The notes below the pieces were generated by a model. It worked only from the letters and a program-made list of their open reading frames with translations, was not told where the DNA came from and did no database searches. From Nanobdellota archaeon (GTDB lineage: Archaea > Nanobdellota > Nanobdellia > Pacearchaeales > GW2011-AR1), in assembly GCA_038045825.1 (NCBI GenBank), contig JBBSXJ010000004.1, positions 182,185-246,184 of the forward strand: a stretch of 64,000 bases of DNA, written 5' to 3'. A program made the translations under genes and the position numbers. Positions 9,664 to 24,044 of this stretch are shown piece by piece. How positions within the stretch are numbered: the stretch's first letter is position 1; the number at the start of each line of letters is the position of its first letter.

Positions 9664-10626
9664 ATGGCTAAACCTGAAATGAAACCTCTATTTGAGGAGA
9701 GAATGAAGAAGTTACTTAGTGATGCTGAAGACTTTTCTAGATATAATGAAATAGTTCATACTAAACCCATGAATTATATTAGATGTAATACTTTGAAAAT
9801 ATCTTCAAATGAATTATTTGAAAGATTGAGTAAAAGATGGAATGTTGTTAGACCATTTTCTGAACATTCTGAAATAATGTTAATTAACCAGGAGCTTTTA
9901 CCTGGAGAATTGGGAAATGCTCTTGAACATTTACTTGGTTATTATTATATTCAAGAAGTTTGTAGTATGATGAGTGTTATTGCACTTGATCCTAAACCTG
10001 GAGATCGTGTGCTTGATGTTTGTGCATCTCCTGGAAGCAAAACTACTCAAATGGCTGCTTGCATGCAGAATACTGGAACATTAATTGCTAATGATGTTAA
10101 ACTTGATAGGCTTAGAATTTTAGCTGCTAATTTAGAACGCTGTGGAGTTATGAATTCTGTAGTTGTTAGAAATGACGGTGTAGGACTCTGTAATAGACTT
10201 GCTCGTGATGGTTTTAAGTTTGATAAAATCTTACTTGATGCTCCTTGTTCTGGGGAAGGTACATTACGTAGTTCTGCTAAAGCATTTTTAATGTGGAATA
10301 TTAAAGTTGTTGATAAACTTTCAAGGGAACAGAAGAAGTTGATTGCTAATGCTATTAAATGTTTGAAAGTTGGAGGAACACTTGTTTATTCTACTTGTAC
10401 TCACTCTCCTGAAGAAAATGAAGAAATAGTTGATTTTGCTTTGAAGAATTTTCCTGTTTCTGTTGAGAAAGTTCAGTTGCCTCTTAAGTGCAGACCTGGG
10501 GTTACACAATGGGAAGGAGCTGAATATTCTTCTGAAATGACTAAGACTTGTAGAATCTATCCTCAAGATAATAATAGCGAAGGTTTTTTTGTTTCAAAAA
10601 TTAAATTAATTGAGGAGATAGAATGA
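9664..10626 (+). CDS. RsmB/NOP2-family RNA m5C methyltransferase
   Basis: DVCASPGSKT, LLDAPCSGEG and LVYSTCT motifs. Confidence 0.95.
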   Translation: MAKPEMKPLFEERMKKLLSDAEDFSRYNEIVHTKPMNYIRCNTLKISSNELFERLSKRWNVVRPFSEHSEIMLINQELLPGELGNALEHLLGYYYIQEVCSMMSVIALDPKPGDRVLDVCASPGSKTTQMAACMQNTGTLIANDVKLDRLRILAANLERCGVMNSVVVRNDGVGLCNRLARDGFKFDKILLDAPCSGEGTLRSSAKAFLMWNIKVVDKLSREQKKLIANAIKCLKVGGTLVYSTCTHSPEENEEIVDFALKNFPVSVEKVQLPLKCRPGVTQWEGAEYSSEMTKTCRIYPQDNNSEGFFVSKIKLIEEIE

Positions 10627-11426
10627 AACATTTATTAAAAAATGGAAAAATATCTGTTCTGACCTCAGATGATGGCGGAGAGGGATGGAGTGGAGAAGTT
10701 CATTTACTTGTTTATGAAGGGAAAAAATATGTTTTAAGAAAGTATAAGACTCTAAAGAGAGCTAAATATTTCGAAGAAATATCTAATAAACTCGAGAAAT
10801 ATGGTTTTTTACCTAAGCTTTTAGGAAGGGTTGGAAAAGATGTTCTTTACGAATATATTAAAGGAAGAGATTTGATTAAAAAAGAAAATACTTCTATAAT
10901 TTATCAAATAGGTGAGATATGTGGATACATCAATAAAATAAAAGTAAATGGAAATGTTACTAGAAGATTTAAGAAAAATCTTAAAGAAGTTAAAAAAAGA
11001 AAATTAATCTCTAAAGAAGAGATTATAAAAGTTGAAAATATCTATCAATTCTTATTAGGAAAGGCAAAACCTATTTTTACTTTAGATGCAAATGATCTTC
11101 ATGGTAGTAATCTTAGATTAAGAGATGGTAGGGTTTATCTTGTAGATATTGACAGTATTGCAGAAAGACCAAAGCTTTTTGCTATTGGTAAGGCATTCTT
11201 TAAGTGGTTCAAGAAACCATTACAACAACTAGAATTTAGGAAAGGATATTCTTCAATATCTTCAACTAAATTTTGGACTGGAGAATACCAGGATTTTATT
11301 TATCTAAATTGGCTCATACAAGATATTTATTACTGCCATTATTTTAAGAAGAAAAAATATGCTGGTATTAAATTGAGAAAGGAACAACTTAGAGATTTGT
11401 TAAATAAATATGGAGAATTAAAATGA
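10623..11426 (+). CDS. aminoglycoside phosphotransferase/protein-kinase-like protein
   Basis: GEGWSGEV loop, YVLRK, NDLHGSN and YLVDID motifs. Confidence 0.75.
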   Translation: MKHLLKNGKISVLTSDDGGEGWSGEVHLLVYEGKKYVLRKYKTLKRAKYFEEISNKLEKYGFLPKLLGRVGKDVLYEYIKGRDLIKKENTSIIYQIGEICGYINKIKVNGNVTRRFKKNLKEVKKRKLISKEEIIKVENIYQFLLGKAKPIFTLDANDLHGSNLRLRDGRVYLVDIDSIAERPKLFAIGKAFFKWFKKPLQQLEFRKGYSSISSTKFWTGEYQDFIYLNWLIQDIYYCHYFKKKKYAGIKLRKEQLRDLLNKYGELK

Positions 11427-11845
11427 TTTTCAGAGCTATAATCCATTTACTCGGAATACAGACAGCTGTTGCTGCGATTATTGTTAAAGATGGTAAAGTG
11501 CTCCTTACTAAGAGATCTAGACTTCTTGCTGAAGGGGGCAAATGGTGTTTGCCTGGAGGAGGAATGAAGAAATATGAGAAATCTATTGATGCTACTAAAC
11601 GTGAAGTTATGGAAGAAGTTGGCTTGAATGCTAAGGATTGTAAATTGCTTTTTGTTCATGAAGAGGTAGTTAAGAGACTAGGTTTACATGCTAACGTTTA
11701 TGTTTATTCTGTTAAAGTCTCTGGAAATATTAAGACAAATTGGGAAGTTATTAAGGCTGAATGGTTTACTAGAAATGAAGTTGAAAAGATGAATCTTGCA
11801 TTTACACATAAAGATATTTTGAGAAGATATTGGAGTGGAAAATGA
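11423..11845 (+). CDS. NUDIX hydrolase
   Basis: PGGGMKKYEKSIDATKREVMEEVGL Nudix box. Confidence 0.92.
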   Translation: MIFRAIIHLLGIQTAVAAIIVKDGKVLLTKRSRLLAEGGKWCLPGGGMKKYEKSIDATKREVMEEVGLNAKDCKLLFVHEEVVKRLGLHANVYVYSVKVSGNIKTNWEVIKAEWFTRNEVEKMNLAFTHKDILRRYWSGK

Positions 11846-12300
11846 AGGCTGAATTTTATAATTCCAAACAGAGAAAAGAATTACTTGAGAAACTTAATAG
11901 TATGTTTGGGATTAAAGAGATTCCTAAAACATTGTTTGAAACTGGACGCGAGAAGGTTCGCGGATTTTCTGGGGACTTAACAATTGATGAACTTTATGCA
12001 CTTGATAGAATTACTAATATTGAATTCATGGGGCTTTACTTATTCAAGGAAGAAATGGGACATCTTCGTTTTGGATTTGATGGAACAATACTATTCAAGG
12101 ATCAAATTGTAAAGAATGTTGTTGAAATTAATATGGAGCAACTTGAGAAGTGGATGACTGGACATAATTTAGATATTCAACTTGAACGCGGAATGTGGAT
12201 AGTCAAACACGGAGATGATGTATTTGGATGTGGATTGTCAGATACAAAACATTTAATTAACTTTGTTCCAAAAGAAAGGAGAATTAGACGCGGAAGTTAA
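11842..12300 (+). CDS. NIP7/RsmF-C-terminal PUA-like domain protein
   Basis: GLYLF...R..FDG and GCG...LINFVPKERR patterns; ATGA overlap with the NUDIX gene. Confidence 0.7.
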   Translation: MKAEFYNSKQRKELLEKLNSMFGIKEIPKTLFETGREKVRGFSGDLTIDELYALDRITNIEFMGLYLFKEEMGHLRFGFDGTILFKDQIVKNVVEINMEQLEKWMTGHNLDIQLERGMWIVKHGDDVFGCGLSDTKHLINFVPKERRIRRGS

Positions 12301-12301
12301 C

Positions 12302-13195
12302 ATGGAAAAAAATGTAATTGACAAGATACTCAAGGCTGGCAAAATTGCTCAGGAATTACGAAGGTACGCTAGAGAGATAGTTATTCCTGGAAGAAAATTA
12401 TTTGAAATAGCTACACTGATTGATGATAAAATTGCTGTTCTTGGTGCTAAACCTGCATTTCCTGTTAATTTAAGTATTAATGAAATTGCCGCCCATTATA
12501 CTCCTTCTTATGGGGATGAATTTGTTGCTCATGGACTGATTAAAGTTGATATTGGGATTTCAGTTGATGGATATATTGCAGATACTGCTTTTTCTATGGA
12601 TTTGGAAAATGATTCTGAGAATAAAAAGTTGATTGAAGCTGCTGAAGATGCGGTTACAGTTTCTGTTAAAGAATTTGGAATTGGAAAAGAACTTACTACT
12701 ATTGGTGGAAAAATTAGCGAAGCTATTTCTAAAAAAGGATTTACATCTATTGTTAATTTGTCAGGACATAGTATTGAACGATTTGTTGTTCATGCAGGAT
12801 GGACTGTTCCTAATTATGATTCTGGACAAACTGATACTCTAGAGGAAGGATTGTATGCTACTGAGCCATTTGCTACTAATGGACATGGTAAGGTTCGCGA
12901 TGGTAAAAGTTCTGGAATCTTTAGAATTGATGGTGATGGAAATGTTAGGGATAGATTTGCTCGGGATGTTATTGCTTGGATTGCTGATGAATATAAGACT
13001 CTACCATTTGCTTCGCGTTGGGTACATAAGAAGTTTGGTTCTCGTGGGATGTTAGCAATTAAACAACTGGAAGTTGCTGGTATTCTTTATCAGTATCCTC
13101 AATTGATAGAAGCTTCTGGTGGTAAAGTCGCTCAGGCAGAACATACTGTTCTGCTTTTAGAAGACGGAACTAAGTATATTACAACTAAAGATTAG
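12302..13195 (+). CDS. map: type II methionine aminopeptidase
   Basis: AFPVNLSINEIAAHYTP, DGYIADTA, NLSGHSI, EPFAT and AQAEHT motifs. Confidence 0.96.
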   Translation: MEKNVIDKILKAGKIAQELRRYAREIVIPGRKLFEIATLIDDKIAVLGAKPAFPVNLSINEIAAHYTPSYGDEFVAHGLIKVDIGISVDGYIADTAFSMDLENDSENKKLIEAAEDAVTVSVKEFGIGKELTTIGGKISEAISKKGFTSIVNLSGHSIERFVVHAGWTVPNYDSGQTDTLEEGLYATEPFATNGHGKVRDGKSSGIFRIDGDGNVRDRFARDVIAWIADEYKTLPFASRWVHKKFGSRGMLAIKQLEVAGILYQYPQLIEASGGKVAQAEHTVLLLEDGTKYITTKD

Positions 13196-13602
13196 AGAGA
13201 TTTAACTACCTGTACTATTACATAAATTAGTATTATTGCTACTATTATTTTTATAATATCTAATAAATTAAAATTACCTTTTTTATTACTTTTTCTTTTT
13301 TCTAACATGTCAACTCTCATTTTTAATTCGTATAGTTCCTTTATATAGTTAATTTTCTCTTTGATCTCTTGAATATTCTTTTCTAATTTATCTTTTAATC
13401 TATTTATTATTTCTTCGTTATTGTTTGTTTTGTTTATGTAATAAAATACTACTGCTAATAAGATTGAACTTATTGTAAATATAATCATAATATATTTTTG
13501 ATTTTGACCTTGTATGAATAATGTTAGATTACCGAATATTATTGATATTATTGAAAAAACTATGCTCCAATAATCAATTTTTCTTTTATTATCTTCTTCC
13601 AT
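13192..13602 (-). CDS. hypothetical membrane protein with coiled coil
   Basis: Two N-terminal TMs, a coiled coil and a C-terminal TM. Confidence 0.65.
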   Translation of the reverse strand: MEEDNKRKIDYWSIVFSIISIIFGNLTLFIQGQNQKYIMIIFTISSILLAVVFYYINKTNNNEEIINRLKDKLEKNIQEIKEKINYIKELYELKMRVDMLEKRKSNKKGNFNLLDIIKIIVAIILIYVIVQVVKSL

Positions 13603-13654
13603 ATAATTTATGGAATTTAGGTTTTAAAATGATGATTAAGCTCTATAATCTATC

Positions 13655-13705
13655 TTAATTAGCATACAAAGGACCTAATTCAAGGCCACCGATCTTTGCT
13701 TTCTT
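13655..13705 (-). repeat. orphan duplicate of the cdc48a 3' end (encodes KKAKIGGLELGPLYAN*)
   Basis: 43/51 nt identical to 16249-16299; all differences are synonymous except S>N. Confidence 0.9.
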
Positions 13706-13721
13706 AATAAGATGCAAAATG

Positions 13722-15859
<2,138 letters not shown>

Positions 15860-15863
<4 letters not shown>

Positions 15864-16240
15864 TTTTTATTAAATGTTACCTCTAATATACCATTTCTAA
15901 ATGTTTTCTTGAAATCTTTATTCTTTATTCCTTCTGGTATTTTTTCTCTTAAAGTTATTCCTTCTTTATGCTTTTGAGCCATATAATCCTGATTTTGCGA
16001 CTCTTTATTTGTTTTGGCCGTGATTACCATAAAATCATCTTTTAACTTTATTTCAATATCTTCTTCATTATATCCTGGTAGTTCTGTAATGAAATACACG
16101 TTGTTCTTTTCTTCTATAAATTCGGAGCTTTCTTCTTCACTTTCTCTTAATTTTCTTACCGGTCTTCTTCTAATATTATTGCCTCCAAAAAATTGGTTTA
16201 CAATATCTTCGAAAGGGTCATGGTCATCAAAAAAGCTCAT
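15860..16240 (-). CDS. Hsp20/alpha-crystallin small heat-shock protein
   Basis: ELPGYNEEDI and FRNGILEVTF motifs. Confidence 0.9.
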
Positions 16241-16248
16241 TTTTTCTC

Positions 16249-18614
<2,366 letters not shown>

Positions 18615-18615
<1 letters not shown>

Positions 18616-18968
18616 TACCAGTTTTCCTCCCTATTATGGAATCTTAAACTTAATCTATCCATATCTTCAAAACATAGTTTTACCATATCATCCATCATTT
18701 TTTCTTGTTGGTGCATAAATTCAACTATTTCTTTAGGAATACTTATTGCATGACTATTTCCTATGACTCTTAATTTTACATTGTATGTTTTATCTTTCAA
18801 ATTCTTGAAATTTTCAGCGCTGTTTATATCTGCCGGGTGAATAATTTGAGACTTGCATTTATTGCATGTAATTGCTCTCAACTCTAGTCCGTTTTTACTA
18901 ACTATTGTTTTCTGCATTTTAATATTGCAGTTCTTGCATAGTATTATGTTATCGAAAATGTCTGTCAT
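18615..18968 (-). CDS. Zn-ribbon plus AbrB-like DNA-binding protein, probable operon regulator
   Basis: CKNC/CNKC pairs, then VKLRVIGNSHAISIPKEI. Confidence 0.75.
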
Positions 18969-19029
18969 GTGTATCTTTTATGTATATACGGTTAGGGATA
19001 TACTATTTAAACTTTATTGTGATAAAGAA

Positions 19030-19524
19030 TTAGTTTCTTCTCTTTGCAATCTTTACCATTGCTGCTACCAGTATGAGAACTGCTAAGATTAGGGCTGTTA
19101 TTGCTACTATTGCAACAGTATTTATCGAAGGAGCAACTGATTTTATTATGAATGACTTTACCACTGCAAGATTCATTCCAACTGTTCCCGAACCTGTTGT
19201 TGATACTACAGGGCTTAATTGTATTTTTACTTCTGCATTATCGCAAGATTTTGTTGTCTTGACTATCACTGTCTTATATGCCGTGTCTTTATCATCGAAA
19301 TCTACATTTACTCCATCAGGGAATGATATACATTCTTGCCCTTGTTTTACTGTTAATACTGCTCTGTCGCTTTTATCTCCGAATGTAAATAAAGTTAAAG
19401 TGTGTTCTTCTTGCGTATTTTTTTCTTGGTTTACTTCTCCAGTGAAACCTATCCCTAAAGCTGCACTTGTGATACTTGCAAGTAAGAATACTGTTATTAC
19501 AGAGGATATTATTATTTTATTCAT
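19030..19524 (-). CDS. secreted Ig-like protein with C-terminal membrane anchor
   Basis: Signal peptide, beta-rich body, C-terminal TM followed by basic tail. Confidence 0.7.
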   Translation of the reverse strand: MNKIIISSVITVFLLASITSAALGIGFTGEVNQEKNTQEEHTLTLFTFGDKSDRAVLTVKQGQECISFPDGVNVDFDDKDTAYKTVIVKTTKSCDNAEVKIQLSPVVSTTGSGTVGMNLAVVKSFIIKSVAPSINTVAIVAITALILAVLILVAAMVKIAKRRN

Positions 19525-19525
19525 A

Positions 19526-20602
19526 TTAAGATGCGACTACGTTCCAGACGCCTCCATAAGTTGAACTTGATGGTCCCGTTATTATTCCAGGAGTATTTAG
19601 TTGCTGATAAGCGCAAACGAATAATTGGTCTCTATCTATTGATGGTCCTGCTGAGGAGTAAGGAATGCTGACTCCTGGGACTATTACTTCTCCATTGTTT
19701 AACTGGACTGCTGTTGCAGGAACTTGACAGGATGCGTCTGGATTTCCTCCAGATTGACCTGAGGCGCTAAATGCAGATGTACTCAGAATTGCAGAAGGAT
19801 TGGCAGGGTTTGTTCCGATTAAATCTGATCCTGTTATTTCAACTGTTGTTAAAGGCACGTTACCATAATTTTCTATTATCAATGGTGCACTTGCAACTTG
19901 GTTTGGTGTTGTTATGCTTAATGAGTTCCAGTTAAGTGCTGTTGTTGCTAAATTATATGCGCTTAACTCATTTATTTGAACGTAATCTTGTGGAAGTGAA
20001 TTAAATCCTGTCTGACCGCTTGATACAATTATGCTAGGGTTTCCAGATAAATCAATTGTTTGAGCTCTTATTGTCCATAAGTCATTTGGATTTGGGCTTG
20101 CTCCTGAATATGATGAAGGTGGGTCTGAAGGTAAGAACGAGCCTCCGCAAACATACATCATTTGTTTTGACGGATTGTCACAATTTAAGCCTAATGTAGG
20201 ATGTGAACACAAGTAAGAGTCACAACTTAGAACTTGTCTAGTGATAGAGGGATTGACGCTATTTAAAGGAGAATTTATTTCAAAATATGCACTTGATGAA
20301 GGGATAAGGTTAGTTCCTTGCAGTAAATCTGAAGGTCCATTTGCATCTTCCACTACTACTCCTACAAAGTAAGCTCCAAACCCTATTCCAGGATTTGCTG
20401 TGAAAGGTTGTGTAAATGAAGGACCTAATGAACTAGGTAAAATAAATCTTTTTATTGTAGGGGGTGAATTTTGTAGTTCTACTCCTACATCTACAGGGGA
20501 CAAGTCAGGTTTATTGAAAAAATCATTAAACCATCCAGCGCTTGCAAAAGTGATTAGAGTAAGAGAGAAAATTGATAAACTTAATAATAATTTTTTCTCC
20601 AT
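19526..20602 (-). CDS. secreted beta-rich surface protein
   Basis: Signal peptide (ASA|G), Cys pairs, IIENYGNV motif, C-terminal YGGVWNV. Confidence 0.7.
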   Translation of the reverse strand: MEKKLLLSLSIFSLTLITFASAGWFNDFFNKPDLSPVDVGVELQNSPPTIKRFILPSSLGPSFTQPFTANPGIGFGAYFVGVVVEDANGPSDLLQGTNLIPSSSAYFEINSPLNSVNPSITRQVLSCDSYLCSHPTLGLNCDNPSKQMMYVCGGSFLPSDPPSSYSGASPNPNDLWTIRAQTIDLSGNPSIIVSSGQTGFNSLPQDYVQINELSAYNLATTALNWNSLSITTPNQVASAPLIIENYGNVPLTTVEITGSDLIGTNPANPSAILSTSAFSASGQSGGNPDASCQVPATAVQLNNGEVIVPGVSIPYSSAGPSIDRDQLFVCAYQQLNTPGIITGPSSSTYGGVWNVVAS

Positions 20603-20751
20603 CTTTTGTAACTACAGAGTTTTCTTCTTTATAAAGTTTGTTAGGTTGAACTTAAATTTAAATCTTTTATTTAACCAATAACAAAGGCTTATAGACTGAA
20701 TGTCCTTTGTCATTAGATTAGATTTTTAAAGATGCAATTGCTGAAGATTTT

Positions 20752-21324
20752 ATGAATTGGTTTTTATCTAGTTTAAAGAGGTTTTGGACTTTTCTTAAAA
20801 AAGATACTTGGCAGTCTTGGATAGTTTCACTTATTCTTGCTTTTATATTAATTAAATTTGTTTTCTTTCCTTTATTATCTTGGATTTTTGCTACATCTTT
20901 ACCTCTTGTTGTCGTTGAATCTTGTTCTATGTATCATCAAGATGACTTTGAATCTTGGTGGTCTAGGAATGGATTATGGTATGAGGAACATGGTATAAGC
21001 AAAGAAGATTTCGAGTCTTCTTCTTTTAAGAATGGATTGAATAAAGGAGATATTGTTCTAGTTTCTGGTCGAGGAAGTTATGAGAAAGGAGATATTTTGA
21101 TTTTTAACTCTCAATATAGATATCCATTGATACATAGAATTGTTAGAGCCGATCCTTATGATACTAAAGGAGATAATAATTTTGCCCAATTACCTGGAGA
21201 GCTTGGAATTGAGGAAGAACAGTTTATTGGAAAGGCTATAGGTAGATTACCTGGACTTGGGTGGATAAAGTTGATATTCTTTGAAGCTGCAAGGCCTGCT
21301 GATCAAAGAGGATTCTGTAAGTAG
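20752..21324 (+). CDS. signal peptidase I (Sec11/SipW type)
   Basis: VVVESCSM, LNKGDIV, LIHRIV and TKGDNN motifs. Confidence 0.9.
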   Translation: MNWFLSSLKRFWTFLKKDTWQSWIVSLILAFILIKFVFFPLLSWIFATSLPLVVVESCSMYHQDDFESWWSRNGLWYEEHGISKEDFESSSFKNGLNKGDIVLVSGRGSYEKGDILIFNSQYRYPLIHRIVRADPYDTKGDNNFAQLPGELGIEEEQFIGKAIGRLPGLGWIKLIFFEAARPADQRGFCK

Positions 21325-21327
21325 ATA

Positions 21328-21717
21328 ATGGATTTTAAAGGTGTTATAATAGAAGAAAGTCTTGAAAATAAAGAAGTATTAAAAAAAGTTAAAATTGTAA
21401 AAACAGAGATTGAAAAAGTTACATTAGAGCATAAAACTCCTTGGATAAAACAATGGACTTTACATACTGTTGAAATTCCAGAAAAAATGGCAAGAAAGAT
21501 TGCTGATGAAATAAGTAAATCATTAGATTCTCAACATAATTGGTATGCTGATATCAAGAATGAAACTATCCATTTTATTATTTATAGAAATAAAGTGTTT
21601 AAAATAAACAGGTCTAAAAAAGAAGAATATAATAAAGCTACAGTCTATGGCATTTCATTAGGAATCCCTGATTATCAGCTTGACTTTTCTTCGTATGTTA
21701 AATTTTGGAATAGGTAG
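21328..21717 (+). CDS. hypothetical protein
   Basis: Intact ORF (GVIIEESL...WYAD...GIPDYQLDF). Confidence 0.7.
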   Translation: MDFKGVIIEESLENKEVLKKVKIVKTEIEKVTLEHKTPWIKQWTLHTVEIPEKMARKIADEISKSLDSQHNWYADIKNETIHFIIYRNKVFKINRSKKEEYNKATVYGISLGIPDYQLDFSSYVKFWNR

Positions 21718-21802
21718 CTTCTAAGTAAAAGTAAAATATTTTGAAAACGAAACATTAATATACTTTTGATATTCAATCTGGTAAATTATTTTAAGGAAAC
21801 CA

Positions 21803-22114
21803 ATGGAATTTTGTCCAAAATGTGGAGGTATGTTAATGATTGATGGCGATAAAGCTCCAACTTGTGCTAAATGTGGGTATCGTCATAAGGGCAAGTTAAA
21901 GCTTCAAGCTTCTGAGAAAATGGCTGTTCCTGAGAGGATTGCTGTTGTTGATGAGTCTAAATTGACCACATTGCCTATTGTTGAAATCAAATGTCCTGAC
22001 TGCAAACATAAAGAAGCTTACTTTTGGACTATGCAGACTCGCTCATCTGACGAATCAGAAACTAAGTTCTACAAGTGCACCAAGTGTGAGCATACTTGGA
22101 GAATTTACAGATAA
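21803..22114 (+). CDS. tfs: transcription factor S
   Basis: MEFCPKCG and QTRSSDE...FYKCTKC; two Zn ribbons. Confidence 0.93.
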   Translation: MEFCPKCGGMLMIDGDKAPTCAKCGYRHKGKLKLQASEKMAVPERIAVVDESKLTTLPIVEIKCPDCKHKEAYFWTMQTRSSDESETKFYKCTKCEHTWRIYR

Positions 22115-22117
22115 TTA

Positions 22118-22705
22118 ATGGATATTTTATTCAATAAGATTCTAGATATTCATAAAACTCAATTAAATTACCTTAATATTTCTCATAAAAAATTATTAAT
22201 ATGTTTTTCTGCTATTCCTGCTGCTGGAAAGACTCATATTTCTAAGATATTAGAAGAAAAATATAAGGCTGTCAGAATAAATAATAATAGTATTCGAGAG
22301 ATAATTAAGTCTATTATTCCAGGTACAAAAAATGAAATACTTGATAAAAGGCAGGAGATATTGCAAGATTATTTATTATGGTTTCTTAATAATTATAGTT
22401 TTTTAAATAAACTTATTATAATTGATAGCGGTATTGACAGAAAATATTCTAAGATTAAAGAATTTGCAGATAAGAATGACTTTGATTTATTTCTTATACA
22501 TCTTAAGGTTTCGAGAGAAGTTGCTTATAAAAGGGCTATATTAAGAAATGGAGGAAAGGAGGACAGTAACTTTACTCAAAACATAGAAAGATGGATAAAA
22601 GAAAATAAAAAATTGCTTTCTAATGTTCTTCCTGATATTCTATTAGATGGAGAAAATTTAAAATTAGAAGAACTCTTTTCTAATCTGAATAGAATTATTT
22701 CTTAA
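22118..22705 (+). CDS. P-loop kinase (AAA_33-like)
   Basis: AIPAAGKT Walker A, IIIDS, RAILR lid. Confidence 0.7.
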   Translation: MDILFNKILDIHKTQLNYLNISHKKLLICFSAIPAAGKTHISKILEEKYKAVRINNNSIREIIKSIIPGTKNEILDKRQEILQDYLLWFLNNYSFLNKLIIIDSGIDRKYSKIKEFADKNDFDLFLIHLKVSREVAYKRAILRNGGKEDSNFTQNIERWIKENKKLLSNVLPDILLDGENLKLEELFSNLNRIIS

Positions 22706-22757
22706 AGATGCTCATGGCCAATGTTTAAAAAACCAGTTTTGTTTTGATTTTTGCTAC

Positions 22758-22833
22758 GGCCTCGTAGCTCAGCCTGGTTTAGAGCACCGGCCTTTTAAGC
22801 CGGGTGTCGGGGGTTCAAATCCCCTCGGGGCCA
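22758..22833 (+). tRNA. tRNA-Lys(UUU)
   Basis: Cloverleaf with anticodon arm ccggc-ctTTTaa-gccgg and T-loop gttcaaatc. Confidence 0.96.
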
Positions 22834-22959
22834 TATATACTTTTTGTAGAGAGTCTCCGAGCATGTTGAGAAGAGTCGAACAAGAGAGTTGAAAATCGCT
22901 CAGGTTTTAACAATAAAAACTAGAATTAGATTTATTAAATTGAATAAACTCTATTTGTT

Positions 22960-23586
22960 ATGGATAAGTGGGAGAAGACTTGGTTTTCTATTGATGGGAG
23001 ATTGGAAAAAATAAAATTTGATGGACCTAGTTATTTCCGTTTTCCTCAAAAATTAGCAGAAATTGTTATTTCAAAATATTCTAATAATGGTGAATGGGTG
23101 TTTGACCCTTTTTGTGGCTTTGGTACAACTTTAGCTGCTGCAAAAAAACTTGGTAGGAGGTCTATTGGTTTCGAGATAGATTCTAAGATGGCCAATTTTG
23201 CTAGAAATAGAAATGATGGTGTTCTTATTCAAGATAGTATTGATAATATCTCCAAACATAAACTACCTCAATTTGATTTACTATTTACTAGCCCTCCTTA
23301 TATTTCTTTAAGAAATTCAAATATTATGCGTGATAAAAATTATATTAAGGACATTCAAAGAATTTTTAGAAAGATTAAACACTATATGAAGAAAGACTCT
23401 TATATTATTATTGAAATTGCTAATCTTGCAATGGGTAAAGAGTTTAGAACACAGGCTTGGGATGTTGGTTTAGCTTTATCTAAGATATTCAAACTTGAGG
23501 GAGAAGTAATTAGAGCAGACACAAGTGATATTAATGTTGGTGGAAATCAAAACCATAGCTATTTGTTAGTCTTTAGAAATTCTTAA
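22960..23586 (+). CDS. orphan amino (N4C/N6A) DNA methyltransferase-like protein
   Basis: DPFCGFGTT then FTSPPY; no adjacent restriction endonuclease seen. Confidence 0.8.
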   Translation: MDKWEKTWFSIDGRLEKIKFDGPSYFRFPQKLAEIVISKYSNNGEWVFDPFCGFGTTLAAAKKLGRRSIGFEIDSKMANFARNRNDGVLIQDSIDNISKHKLPQFDLLFTSPPYISLRNSNIMRDKNYIKDIQRIFRKIKHYMKKDSYIIIEIANLAMGKEFRTQAWDVGLALSKIFKLEGEVIRADTSDINVGGNQNHSYLLVFRNS

Positions 23587-23864
23587 TCAGAAATAATTCT
23601 TTTAATGTTGTCTATATTGTTAGCTACTTCTTCTCCTCTCTTTGTTAACTTGATTAACTTTATTCTTCCTTTCTTTTCGAAAACAACTAATTCAAGTTTC
23701 TCTAACATTTGTAATATTTTAACGGCGTGGCTGTAAGTGCAGTCCACTTCTTTTGCAAGTATTGATCCGTATCTAGCTCTTGTTAATTTCTTTAGAGAGA
23801 CTAGCATCAATGCTGGTTTTCTTCTGAAGAAAACATCAAAACTGTCTTTTGGTTTTTGTGTCAT
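23583..23864 (-). CDS. winged-helix DNA-binding protein
   Basis: LAKEVDCTYSHAVKIL...GRIKLIKLTKRG pattern. Confidence 0.85.
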   Translation of the reverse strand: MTQKPKDSFDVFFRRKPALMLVSLKKLTRARYGSILAKEVDCTYSHAVKILQMLEKLELVVFEKKGRIKLIKLTKRGEEVANNIDNIKRIISD

Positions 23865-24044
23865 TTTAGGATATATCTTTTGTAACCTCTATATTCCAAC
23901 CAGTATATCGCTTTTAAGTCTTTCTGCTACATTGTTATCTTCTTTAGTAGTTATTCGACTTCACTTTTTTTTGGTAACTTCTTTTATAATATTCCCTTAC
24001 ATTAATAAACAAGGTTTTATATTCTATAAACGTAACTGAATTAT

